Counted from the stretch's first letter, positions 41,337 to 53,446 are shown. The stretch: DNA of 64,000 bases from Octopus vulgaris (GCA_951406725.2 OX597816.1:60636001-60700000), one strand, 5' to 3'. Numbers and translations are program-made. The notes: generated by a model not told the origin, from the sequence alone.

Positions 41337-41443
41337 ATTTCTTGTACGGTATACCGTTTCATCTGCTGTTTAATGGTAAACTAACCTGATTAAATTAAAT
41401 CAAGCCAATCTTCCATAAGCCCTCAGATTCTTCAGCAAGAAAT
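41337..41443 (-). ncRNA. Type I hammerhead ribozyme, copy 1
   Basis: Stem I ATTTCTTG/CAAGAAAT, core CTGAAGA, stem II ATCTG...CAGAT, GAAA, palindromic stem III CGGTATACCG, cleavage triplet GUA. Confidence 0.88.
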
Positions 41444-41820
41444 AGCTCAAGTCGGAACAGATATTTACACGAGGCATACCCAATCCTGCCAAGGCAATAT
41501 CTGACCTAAAATTTTCAAATCGTCGCACTCGCGCCAAATTTATCGGCAGCAAATAAATCGTCGATTCCATTACGGAATTAACCAAAAAATTCATAATTAA
41601 TCAATATAGGGTGGCAAGGAAAATTTTGTAGAATTTTTTGCCACCAGCGGCCCAGTGGGAAAAAATTAAATAGTCATAGACCATTTTTAAGTTCAACATT
41701 AACAATTAAGGAACGGCCATAATAGGCCATTCACCCACTAGAAATAACAGCCAAAGCTTCTACCGCAAATAAAGATCAATTCCGTAAACAGGAGAAAATT
41801 AAAAAAACATTTACCCTGTA

Positions 41821-41927
41821 ATTTCTTGTACGGTATACCGTTTCATCTGCTGTTTAATGGTAAACTAACCTGATTAAATTAAATCAAGCCAATCTTCCAT
41901 AAGCCCTCAGATTCTTCAGCAAGAAAT
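41821..41927 (-). ncRNA. Type I hammerhead ribozyme, copy 2
   Basis: Same as copy 1, 484 bp away. Confidence 0.88.
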
Positions 41928-42305
41928 AGCTCAAGTCGGAACAGATATTTACACGAGGCATACCCAATCCTGCCAAGGCAATATCTGACCTAAAATTTTC
42001 AAATCGTCGCACTCGCGCCAAATTTATCGGCAGCAAATAAATCGTCGATTCCATTACGGAATTAACCAAAAAATTCATAATTAATCAATATAGGGTGGCA
42101 AGGAAAATTTTGTAGAATTTTTTTGCCACCAGCGGCCCAGTGGGAAAAAATTAAATAGTCATAGACCATTTTTAAGTTCAACATTAACAATTAAGGAACG
42201 GCCATAATAGGCCATTCACCCACTAGAAATAACAGCCAAAGCTTCTACCGCAAATAAAGATCAATTCCGTAAACAGGAGAAAATTAAAAAAACATTTACC
42301 CTGTA

Positions 42306-42412
42306 ATTTCTTGTACGGTATACCGTTTCATCTGCTGTTTAATGGTAAACTAACCTGATTAAATTAAATCAAGCCAATCTTCCATAAGCCCTCAGATTCT
42401 TCAGCAAGAAAT
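42306..42412 (-). ncRNA. Type I hammerhead ribozyme, copy 3
   Basis: Same as copy 1, 485 bp after copy 2. Confidence 0.88.
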
Positions 42413-43133
42413 AGCTCAAGTCGGAACAGATATTTACACGAGGCATACCCAATCCTGCCAAGGCAATATCTGACCTAAAATTTTCAAATCGTCGCACTCG
42501 CGCCAAATTTATCGGCAGCAAATAAATCGTCGATTCCATTACGGAATTAACCAAAAAATTCATAATTAATCAATATAGGGTGGCAAGGAAAATTTTGTAG
42601 AATTTTTTTGCCACCAGCGGCCCAGTGGGAAAAAATTAAATAGTCATAGACCATTTTTAAGTTCAACATTAACAATTAAGGAACGGCCATAATAGGCCAT
42701 TCACCCACTAGAAATAACAGCCAAAGCTTCTACCGCAAATAAAGATCAATTCCGTAAACAGGGTAAATGTTTTTTTAATTTTCTCCTGTTTACGGAATTG
42801 ATCTTTATTTGCGGTAGAAGCTTTGGCTGTTATTTCTAGTGGGTGAATGGCCTATTATGGCCGTTCCTTAATTGTTAATGTTGAACTTAAAAATGGTCTA
42901 TGACTATTTAATTTTTTCCCACTGGGCCGCTGGTGGCAAAAAATTCTACAAAATTTTCCTTGCCACCCTATATTGATTAATTATGAATTTTTTGGTTAAT
43001 TCCGTAATGGAATCGACGATTTATTTGCTGCCGATAAATTTGGCGCGAGTGCGACGATTTGAAAATTTTAGGTCAGATATTGCCTTGGCAGGATTGGGTA
43101 TGCCTCGTGTAAATATCTGTTCCGACTTGAGCT

Positions 43134-43240
43134 ATTTCTTGCTGAAGAATCTGAGGGCTTATGGAAGATTGGCTTGATTTAATTTAATCAGGTTAGTTTA
43201 CCATTAAACAGCAGATGAAACGGTATACCGTACAAGAAAT
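43134..43240 (+). ncRNA. Type I hammerhead ribozyme, inverted copy 4
   Basis: ATTTCTTG-CTGAAGA(43142-48)-ATCTG...CAGAT-GAAA(43217-20)-CGGTATACCG-TA-CAAGAAAT; predicted cleavage after 43232. Confidence 0.88.
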
Positions 43241-43475
43241 TACAGGGTAAATGTTTTTTTAATTTTCTCCTGTTTACGGAATTGATCTTTATTTGCGGTA
43301 GAAGCTTTGGCTGTTATTTCTAGTGGGTGAATGGCCTATTATGGCCGTTCCTTAATTGTTAATGTTGAACTTAAAAATGGTCTATGACTATTTAATTTTT
43401 TCCCACTGGGCCGCTGGTGGCAAAAAAATTCTACAAAATTTTCCTTGCCACCCTATATTGATTAATTATGTATAT

Positions 43476-43511
<36 letters not shown>

Positions 43512-44635
43512 GCGTGTGTGTGTTTGTGTATCTGTGTTTGTCCCCCTGGCATTGCTTGACAACCGATGCTGGTGTGTTTATGTCCCCGTTATTTAGCGGT
43601 TCGGCAAAAGACACCGATAGAATAAATACTGGGCTTACAAAAGAATAAGTCCCGGGGTCGAGTTGCTCAATTAAAGGCGGTGCTCCAGCATGGCCGCAGT
43701 CAAATGACTGAAACAAGTAAAAGAGTAAAGAGTATATTTTGTGTGTGTGCATATGTGCAGGTGTTTGTTTACATTTGTGATTCTAACATTATTGTCACTT
43801 CCTCTGCCAACATATCATTCACTGGCTTTCTTAGATACTACAGTCCTAAATAAACTGTGTTCAAAAAATATGTGATGGCTATAAATGGAAAGGTGGAGGC
43901 ACAATGGCCCAGTGGTTAGGACAGTGGACTCGTGGTCGGAGGATCGTGGTTTCGATTCCCAGACCAGGCATTGTGTGTTTATTGAGCAAAAACACCTAAA
44001 AGCTCCACAAGGCTCCTGCAGGTGGTGGTGGCGACCCCTGTTGTACTCTTTCTTCCTGTTTCTTGAGTAACACTGCGATCAACTGGCGTCCCGTCCAGCT
44101 GGAGGGAACACATACGCCATAGAAATCAGGAAACCAGGCCTATGAGCCTGGCTAGGCTTGAAAAAGGCACATACATAAAATAAATAAATGGAAAGATTTC
44201 AATTATGGATCTACAAGATCAGGGATTACCAGTGACTAAACAGCAACAACAAATGTTTCAACTAGTTTACTTTGCAACTAGTTATCCTACTTAGGTCGAA
44301 TCCCCCCACATCCCCCATCTATGTTACAGGCATGCTACCAATTTTCAGCTAGATTGAAGCAAACACTTTCAATACAATACTGTATTGAATGCTCTTACAG
44401 ATAAGGACTTTTGAATCTAGGGAAGTATAAATCTGCATGATGTCACAATGTCACATAAGTAATATTCACAGAACATAAGGACAAGTCAGATGTAAACTAT
44501 CTGCAGCACTTAAGAGATGCTTAATGTTGTCTTTTTTCAAAGATTTCGATCAGTTTTAGGCCCCGCTTTGTGCAACAACCACCCATTTTTAACAATCAGG
44601 CTTGGATGCTAATGTTCACTAGAACAATGGATGTA

Positions 44636-45040
44636 AGAGTGGCTGTGTGGTAAGTAGCTTGCTTACCAACCACATGGTTCTGGGTTCAGTCCCACTGCAT
44701 GGCACCTTGGGCAAGTGTCTTCTACTATAGCCTCGGGCCAACCAAAGCCTTGTGAGTGGATTTGGTAGACGGAAACTGAAAGAAGCCCGTCGTATATATG
44801 TATATGTGTATATATATATGTATGTGTGTGTATATGTTTGTGTGTCTGTGTTTGTTCCCCCAACATCGCTTGACAACCGATGCTGGTTTGTTTACATCCC
44901 CGTAACTTAGTGGTTCAGCAAAAGAGACCAATAGAATAAGTACAAGGCTTACTAAGAATAAGTCCTGGGGTCGATTTGCTCGACTAAAGGTGGTGCTCCA
45001 GCATGGCCTCAGTCAAATGACTGAAACAAGTAAAAGAATA
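44636..45040 (+). mobile_element. Full-length CORE-like tRNA SINE with internal (TA/TG)n
   Basis: tggctgtgtggtaag A-box, ggttcagtccc B-box, ccttgggcaagtg domain, tail gactgaaacaagtaaaaga. Copies at ~48500-48890 and 52117-52460 (-). Confidence 0.85.
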
Positions 45041-45047
45041 GTGTCTA

Positions 45048-46602
45048 CAAGATGCATTCCAGAAATATTGAGACTTTTTCGGGAGAAGCATTTAATTTCA
45101 AAGAAGCACAAAACTCTAATCTATACATATAAAGCTGAAGTTGTGTGTGTGGCATGTTTGGTAGCCTTTAACTAACACTATCTCCTCCGAGACCCTGCAG
45201 CACAAGTTGATCAAAATTGAGAGTATGATAGAAGAAGGCTTGCTCTTCATTCCATAGAAGAAAAAATTCAAATCGGACCATGTTAACACCCAAAATTATT
45301 TACATCAAAAAGGTGCTCTGTTTCTATGAAAATCCCTATTTTTTACGATTTTTTGACTGCTGTGTCGCCATTTTTCGGTGTATTTCAACCAGAAAAATGT
45401 TCACTTAAAGAGAATAACAAGCTACATGATGCAAAATTTTTACTTTTCAAAAAAGATTGAAACTATGTCAAAACTTTGTTAATGTGACTTCAAAGTCTGC
45501 TGCTTTAAGAGCAACTAAAAAACAAAACCCGAGCAACGCCGGGCTATACAGCTAGTTGTCTTTAAAGTAGAAACCTTTGACTTCAGTGCACTTGTTGTAG
45601 CACTCCATCCATTTTGTGAAAGTTCCATGAAACTCCTCCAAAATGAAGGCGTCCAGGACTCTTTTCCCAGCTTCCTTCATCTTCACTTTCAGCTTAGGGA
45701 ACAACCAAAAGTCACCAGGAGCAAAGTATGGACTGTAAGGAGTGTGAGAGACAGTTTTGATGCCCATCTCTGTCAAGTAGTTGGTTGCCAGGATGGAATT
45801 GTAGACTGCTGCATTGTCCTGGTGCAAGTGATTATGCCCTTTGTGGTGAAATCTCTTCCTCAACTCACTCAAAACTTCCGCTAAATACTCTTTGTTGATT
45901 GTATGGCCAGAGGGAAAAGAGAGGATGTAGGTGATGCCCTTGCTCGCAAAAATGAGAATCATTACGAGTTTTCTAGTGGATTTGCTTTGCCTAGATTCCT
46001 GTGCCAGTGAAAAATAGATGATTGGTACATACAAGTTAATCCATCAGCAGTCTGGAGCGTATCATAAGTTTTTGTAGCATTTTTTTCCCAGCTTAACACA
46101 AAACTTTATTGCACAGCAAGCATCCAAATTGTCTTCACATCCCAACTGTGTTCTGTGAACAAGTCAGCTGCATCAAGCAGTGTTTAGTAGGGCATGTTCA
46201 AAGTGTTGTTACAGCCATTTCCTTCAATCTGGAATAACAAAAGTTGGCAGATTACCTTTTCAGATGTAATGTAAAGGCAGTGAGCTGGGAGAAACGTTAG
46301 CACACCGGACGAAATGCTTAGCGGTATTTCGTCTGCCGTTACATTCTGAGTTCAAATTCTGCCAAGGTCAACTTTGCCTTTCATCCTTTCAGGGTCAATA
46401 AATTAAGTACCAGTTACACACTGATGTCGATGTAATTGACTTAATCCCTTTGTCTGTCCTTGTTTGTCCCCTCTATGTTTAGCCCCTAAAGAAGATTACC
46501 TTATTAGATGTATAGTAATGATATACTAAAATTACAATAACCCAGGACAGCTATAACTGTCTCTCTTAAAAAAAAGTCTCAAACCTTCTGGAATGTACCT
46601 CG
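45048..46602 (-). mobile_element. mariner element with nested Helitron and SINE
   Basis: TA-flanked TIRs (cattccagaa..ttgagactttt); transposase LHQDNA..PYSPYFAPGDFWLFPKLK. Confidence 0.8.
45120..45555 (+). mobile_element. Non-autonomous Helitron
   Basis: A|TCTATACATATAAAGC 5' end, subterminal hairpin cccgagcaacgccggg, CTAG|T 3' end. Confidence 0.8.
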
Positions 46603-46732
46603 TATATCATTCGATTAACTGTATGTAAGGCAAGATATACAACATAAAAGGACGATGGCCAATAGCCAAAGGCTATTTCCTTTTTAGAGGAGTGGAAGGA
46701 GAAAGATGAGATGAAGGAGGTGCAGGATGAGG

Positions 46733-46926
46733 GAAGAAGAAGAAGAAGAAGAAGAAGAAGAAGAAGAAGAAGAAGAAGAAGAAGAAGAAGAAGAAGACGA
46801 GGAAGAGGAGGAAGAAGAAGAAGAAGAAGAAGAAGAAGAAGAAGAAGAAGAAGAAGAAGGTGGTGGTGGTGGTGGTGGTGCTGGTGGTTTTGGTGGTGGT
46901 GGTAATGATGACAATGACGATGATGA
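46733..46926. repeat. (GAA)n-(GGT)n-(GAT)n compound microsatellite abutting the MOGAT exon 3 donor
   Basis: Direct reading. Confidence 0.95.
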
Positions 46927-46933
46927 TCCTTAC

Positions 46934-47133
46934 CAACAGTATTGATGGGTTTCCGAAATGGCACAATTCCAAATGTGTAGTTAAAAATACCCCTTCCATG
47001 GAAGATTACTGGTGAAAAACCAATAAATTTTGTGAATTTCATTTGGAACCACTTCAGCCACTGTCGTTTTTCAGAACTCAGCTGCAGAAAAAGATCATTC
47101 TCTCCAAAAGAGTATACTGGGATCAGAGGGGTT
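46934..47133 (-). CDS. MOGAT2: MOGAT/DGAT2-family exon 3 (200 nt)
   Basis: aacag acceptor and gtaagg donor. Encodes TPLIPVYSFGENDLF...FHGRGIFNYTFGIVPFRKPINTV. Confidence 0.92.
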
Positions 47134-47736
47134 CTGTTTAAAAGAGAAACAGGAAAACATAACCATATTTTTTTGAGAATGTACAGCTCATTTTATTCTT
47201 TATAACATTTTCTTCCCTGGGACACCATCATTGACCTTTGACCCGGCAGGCAAACTGCCTTCAAGAGATTTAATCAATTTTGTCAAACCTTGTCATTTAA
47301 TCTGATACTATATGACTTATGTGGAGGCGTAATGGCCAAGTGGTTAGGGCAGTGGACTTGCAGTCGGAGGATCGCGGTTTTGATTCCCAGACCGGGTGTT
47401 GTGTGTGTTTATTGAGTGAAAACACCTAAAAGCTCCACAAGGCTCCAGTAGAGGGTGGTGGCGACCCCTGTTGTAGTCTTTCGCCACAACTTTCCCTCAC
47501 TCTCACTTCCTGTTTCTCCAGTAACGCTGCGATGGACTGGTGTCCCGTCCAGCTGGGGGGAACACATACGCCACAGAAACCGGGAAACCAGACCCATGAG
47601 CCGGACTAGGCTTGAAAAGGGCAACAAAAAGAAAAAAAAATATGACATATCCCTTTGGAGTTACTTCCTATCCATGAACATAAACACCACTTTGTATTTA
47701 CACTGGTAAACACACACATGTACATACATACATATA

Positions 47737-48299
47737 TTGGGTTGTCCGGAAAGTACGTGCCAATTTTAAAAGCAAAGAAAAAGGTCAATAAATACTTGCC
47801 ATTACATTTTTAATCAATCAAATATGAACCATTTTGTTGCACAGTGCATCTCCATCTTTCCTTTAACTTGAAAATACCCTCTTCCCAGAATTGCAGTGGT
47901 TTCATGGCAAAGAATTCATGAAGCTATCTTTTTATGTCATCCAAGGAATTGAAATTTTTACCATTAAGACTATTCTGCAGAGATCTGAATAAGTGGAAAT
48001 CCAAAGGAACAATATCTGGTGAATATGGAGGGTGGGGTAACACATCCCAGCCAAGCTGCAGCAATTTTTGTCTGTTTTCCAAATCATCAAGTGCCAAAAA
48101 TGAACTTTCTTATCTTCCATTTTAAAGGGTTACAGAATTAATACAGGTTATAGGAACATAAACCTTCTTCCACGAAAAGATAGCTTAAACTATGCTCTAA
48201 ATGGTGTAGTCAAATCCTATTTTGTGGACTCAACCATGTTCTAAAATAAGTCGAAAGGTAAGCTACTATAAATCGGCACGAACTTTTTGGACAACCCAA
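47737..48299 (-). mobile_element. Internally deleted mariner
   Basis: TIRs ttgggttgtcc.../...ggacaacccaa, TA TSD, transposase remnants. Confidence 0.8.
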
Positions 48300-49371
48300 T
48301 AGTATACAGGGGTGCAGACATGGCTGTGTGGCTTAGAAACTTGCTTCAGGACCATATAATTTCAGGTTCATGTCTTACTGCATGGCACTTGGGACAAGTA
48401 TCTTCTATTATGGCCAAGGACTGACCAATGCCTTATGAGTGGAATTAGCAGATGAAAACTGTTTGGAAGCCCATCATTTATATACATACATACATGCATA
48501 TAGCTGTGTGGCAAGAAGCTTGCTTACCAACCACATGGTTCCGAATTCAGTCCCACTGCATGGCACCTTGGGCAAGTGTCTTCTACTACTGCCTCTATAG
48601 AGTGGATTTGGTAGACAGGAACTGAAAGAAGCCCATTGTATATGTGTATGTATATATTTATGTGAGTGTGTCTTTGCGTCTGTGTTTGTCTCCCAACAAT
48701 CGCTTGACAACCAATGTTGGTATGTTTACGTCCCCATAACTTAGCAGTTCAGCAAAAGAGAGCGATAGAATAAGTACTAAGCTTACAAAAAATAAGTCCT
48801 GGGGTTGATTTGTTTAACTAAAAAATTCTTTAAGGTGGTGCGCCAGCATGGCCACAGCCAAATGACTGAAACAAGTAAATGAATAAAAGAATATGTGCAT
48901 GTATGTATGTATGTATGTATGTATGTATATATATATATATATATATATACAATGCGCTTCTTTCAGTTTCTGTCTACCAAATCTATCTTTCTAATGGCTT
49001 AGTAGATGGAAATATTAAGCATTTCTCAAGGTATCTAAAATTAGTGGAAGAAGAGATCAAGTTATCCTCAAACAAGAGAATTTTCCTGAATCCTTACCAT
49101 AAAATAGGCGCCATTAGAAGCAGCCAAGGTTTAAGAGGTTAGGGCCTCCATTGGTTAAGGCTCCATTCATTTGCATATGCATGTGTGCACTTGGGCAAGA
49201 GTTTTTGAGAAAGACTGCCAGTTATCCATGCCACTAATGCTTATCCCAGGAAAAAAAAAAGAAACACAATTGATAAAAGTAAAAAGAAGAAAGAAAAAGA
49301 GAAAAAAAGAAAGAAAAACCAAAATAATTCACCACCTCAGATTGAAAAGTTGGGGTCACTGGGAAACCTGA

Positions 49372-50230
49372 CTAATGGCTATTGAGGCACACCAGCACAC
49401 TTGCAACATTGCTGTGAGTGATGGCAAGGCTGATGTGCTGGGACAGCCAAGCGCCCTCTTGAGCCTCACCAGTTACCTCTGCAAGGCGAGTTGCCAGTGA
49501 AGACAGGAATCTCGCAGTTAGTGGTCCGACCCCACCAAACATTTCGAATGCCACAGGATGGAAAATGTAGTTGGTCGACAGATCACGGTATTTCAGGATT
49601 TTGTTCTGCTCAGCTGCAGAAGCTGTGGATCTCGGCCTGGCCACAGCATCCAGGATGTGCGAAGAAGCAAAGGAGTCGCTGTGACATCCCAGACAAGGCA
49701 TCTGCCTCGCAACAAAGGGCACAGATGGTTCCAAGATGGAGGGAATATTTGCCAGGCCAAGCTCCTCTTGAGTATCAGGTTCAACTCTGTATGACACATG
49801 AAGCGACGAGCATTCATGCGGAGAGAAAGGCCATGGAGGCCTAGGGAGTTGAGGAGCCTGCCACAATGACAGATCAAACTTATGCATACGTCAGCTCCCA
49901 CTCTGAGGGCAATGGAGACACGAAGTTCGTCCAAGCTGAGTAAGCCACCAACATTAGCCACAGGGATGGCATCAATCTGGTCACCTGAGTATCTGGCACT
50001 AGCAGACAGTAAGCAGCACCTTGAAAACTGGTCCGACTGGATGAAGAAGGAGTCGAAGGTGGCTTTCAAAATTATGTTGTCCCAAGATCTCTGACTCCGA
50101 CAGTCCTCCACCCTCTCAGGAGTAGATAAGCCCAATTCCCTCCAGTATTGGAGAACTTCATCCAGCTCCCTATTGGAACTGGTCCATGTTGGAGAGGAGA
50201 GGATGCTGCTCACCAGGGTGGAGCAGGCGG
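49372..50230 (-). mobile_element. CRE-like RLE non-LTR retrotransposon fragment
   Basis: IALRVG..CHCG..GLHGLS..H..LN..IPSILEP..LVWDVT..AEQNKILKY..FHPVAFE.FG. Confidence 0.7.
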
Positions 50231-50927
50231 TAAACACTGTGAAGGCAATAAAGTTAGCAGAATTAATTGTTAAAATATAAAAGCTACAATGATGGGGAGG
50301 GCACACGCACACATAAAACGAACGAATACTGATGCAACACTCTTGTCAAAACTTTAATAAAATGCAAGCATAACATTCCAAAATAAAGTAAAAAGACACC
50401 ACAAAACAGTTCCATCAATCCACTCCTTGGGATTGGTCGACTTCGATAGGATTTGAACTCAGAGTCTAAAGAGTCAGAACAAATAAATCAAAGCATTCTA
50501 TTCAATTCTCTAAAGGTTATCAATTCGCTGCCTTGTTAAGCTAGACAACAGATTAAGTCTATTACCCCAAGACATGAACGATCCTTGCAAACTTCTAAAC
50601 AGTTTTTATGTAGCAAATTTCACTCACAAAGCATTATATGATTCGGTGCTATGACAAAAGATACTTATCCAAAGTAGACGTGATAACATTGTAGGAAAAA
50701 CGTCGGCAACTCGACGAACTGAGAATGTAAACAAATAGGGTGAGGTATTTGGGATGGTTTTGCGATATATGTTGAAAAGCTCGAGCAAGAAAACTTGGTT
50801 CAAGGGAGACAACTTTAAACATCACTAAAGTAAACTTAGTGACAAGTTTGCAATAATGTTGATGGTTTTACGATGGGATGCTGTTGTTTAAACCTGAGGT
50901 CTTCCTTGATCGAACAAACCTATATAC

Positions 50928-51101
50928 CAGTGCTCCGCAACCTGTATTCCGCGACACACTGGTGTACCATGAGATGATGCTAGTTATGTCTCAGTGTAAC
51001 CTGAATATAATTTTTTCCCCCTGTATTTTTAGTTCAGGTGTACCGCAGAATTTTGAAAGGAACATAAGTGTACCGCAAATGAAAAAGGTTACGGGGCACT
51101 G
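50928..51101. mobile_element. hAT-type MITE
   Basis: TIRs cagtgctccgcaacct/aggttacggggcactg and an 8-bp TSD ctatatac. Confidence 0.85.
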
Positions 51102-51495
51102 CTATATACTAAGGTGTTCTAGGCGTAACCTACCCTTTATCTTGAGAGAGAGAAGAGGAGAGAGACAGACAGACAGATTGACAAACAGAGAGGACTCATT
51201 AAATAAGATAGTCCTGAATAAAAGACAGGTTCGTCATAACTGGATTGCTTTTGATCATAAGTTTGCTTGATCAGTGCTGACCAATGGTTAAACAACAGCA
51301 TTCATTCTGAAGTAAGAGTGCAGCCTGTCTTTGACTCAGTCACTCAAAATTCAAGGGGATTTATGTACCTTGGTTACAAGTATATTAATTAGTGTAGTTG
51401 TAGGATTTGATATTTTGACTCTCATATAGGTAAACCAACCCTTTACCCATATAACCATTCAACTGTCATACTATTAACTAAAAACATGAACTCAC

Positions 51496-51670
51496 CCATG
51501 CTGGAGAGCTAGTTTGATAAATCCTTTCCGCTTTTTGATTTTTAGTTTGAATTTTCCTGGGTTTGCTTCAATGGCTTCTACTGCTCCTCCGACAACAATA
51601 GTAATAAATTTACCTTTTTCCTTTTGATTTAGAAGCCAGTTCAGACTGTTCTTTGACACTGCACAACAAC
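51496..51670 (-). CDS. MOGAT2: MOGAT/DGAT2-family exon 2 (175 nt)
   Basis: ctcag acceptor and gtgagt donor. Encodes CCAVSKNSLNWLLNQKEKGKFITIVVGGAVEAIEANPGKFKLKIKKRKGFIKLALQHG (GGxxE and RKGF..LAL.HG motifs). Confidence 0.92.
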
Positions 51671-52341
51671 CTGAGATTAACAGAAATCAAGATTAATTAG
51701 AGCAATGAAAGTTTGAAATAAGTTTAGAGAGTTGTCATCTTTATTAGTATCCTTATAAGTATGTGGAAGAAATAGCAGGCAAATCTTTCCCAAATCACAC
51801 CCTAAAATCTTTAAAAATCACTCTGTCTGTCTGCCTACATGCCTGCATGCCCATCCATCTGTCTGTCAGTCAAATCCATCCATCCATCTCTTCTGCTATA
51901 TAAATACAAGTGCATATGGTTATGTATATGTGTTTTACCCTAAAAGGCACTGAAATGGTGCAGCATTGAGAAGAATGAAATTCATTTTCAAAATCTGCAT
52001 CCCAACAACAATGTTTTCCATAAGTAGTAATACAAAAATATAATTTGATAAAAGAAATGACTCAACTTTTAGATCACTAAATCTCTATTTATCCCCATCA
52101 ACTTATCTCTCTACCCTTTACTCTTTTACTTGATTCAGTCATTTGACTGTGGCCATGCTGGAGTACTGCCTTTAGTCAAGCAAATCAACACCAGGACTTA
52201 TTCTTTGTAAGCCTAGTAGTTATTCTATCGGTCTTTTTTGCTGAACCGCTAAGTTACGGGGACATAAACACACCAGCATCAGTTGTCAAGCAATGTTGGG
52301 AGGACAAACACAGACACACAAACATATACACATACAGATAC

Positions 52342-52396
<55 letters not shown>

Positions 52397-52460
52397 TATG
52401 ACGGGCTCCTTTCAGCTTCTGTCTACCAAATCCACTCACAAGGCTTTGGTTGGCCTGAGG

Positions 52461-53340
52461 CTTCCTTCGATTGGAAGAGAGCAGATTGGAACCTGTACCA
52501 CACTGAATTACAGCACCCAAACTGGCATGAATTCTACAACTCTGGAGATGTGAATACTATACTCCAGAGTATCCTGGACTCAATATGGGCAGCATGTGCA
52601 GCATCAGTGCCACATAAACAGAAAAATAAGAACCGCCCAAAAAGTGCAATTTGGGAAACTTCAGCAGTCCGACTTGCCAGGAAGGAACGTCGGACTGCTG
52701 AACAGGAATACAAGTTGCATAAATCAGACACCAACAGGAAAAAGCGGAATAAATCTTCCAACCATCTCAAGCAAGTGACAAAAAAAGCAGTGCTTGAATT
52801 TGAACAGTGCATAGCAGCCAATCCTGACAGCAAGGTTTTCTGGAAATATGTGCATTCGAAGCAGAGACCTCACTCTCCAGTGGGCCCTCTTCGCAACCCT
52901 CACACAAGCCAGATCACTGACGATCCCAAGGAATGCGCAGAACTCATTGCCGAGTGCTATGCAAGCATATTCACTGTTGAAAATCAAAATGTACCATCTT
53001 CACCATCTCTAACAGCAAATTCCATAACAACTATGGAATTTACACCTGCAATGCTGCGACGTCACCTTCAAAATAAGCGCAACTATGCCTCCCCTGGTCT
53101 TGATGGCATTACATACCTGCTTCTCAAATGTGGCAGGTACTTCCTTTTACACCAGCTTTCTATTTTTTTCCAGTACTGTCTCAACAATGGTGCTACTCTG
53201 GAGTAGTGGAAAACCACCAGTGTCATTCCTCTGTTCAAAAAGGGTGACCGCACATCACCTGTCAACTATCGCCCAGTCAGTCTCACTAGCTGTATTGCAA
53301 AACTGATGGAATCGTGTGTCAGAGAAACACTTTGGAACCA
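52461..53340 (+). mobile_element. CR1/L2-group LINE ORF2 middle fragment (same family as 32806-34335)
   Basis: FDWKRADW..SKVFWKYV..SPGLDGI..VIPLFKKG..NYRPVSLTS; shares ~260 bp with 34070-34334. Confidence 0.8.
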
Positions 53341-53446
53341 ACAGATACCAACAGAAAAGGCCTCTTTCTCTCTAATTTGTCTATCTCTTTCATTTTCTCA
53401 TGGTAAACATTCTCACCCGCTTTAAAAGTATATCACTCACACTGAG

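Larger units (their letters stand above)
41214..43470. mobile_element. Tandem plus inverted array of a 484/485-bp hammerhead-containing unit (retrozyme / Penelope-type non-autonomous element)
   Basis: About 3.2 near-identical units, a fold-back at ~42760, then about 1.5 inverted units. Inserted in the (TA)n tract of a SINE; each full unit carries a type I HHR. Confidence 0.85.

Noticed and set aside
41400-43177. 64-aa ORF repeated in each array unit
   Set aside because: No recognisable domain, overlaps the ribozyme, and recurs only because the unit is repeated; the 484-nt unit has no continuous rolling frame that I can see.
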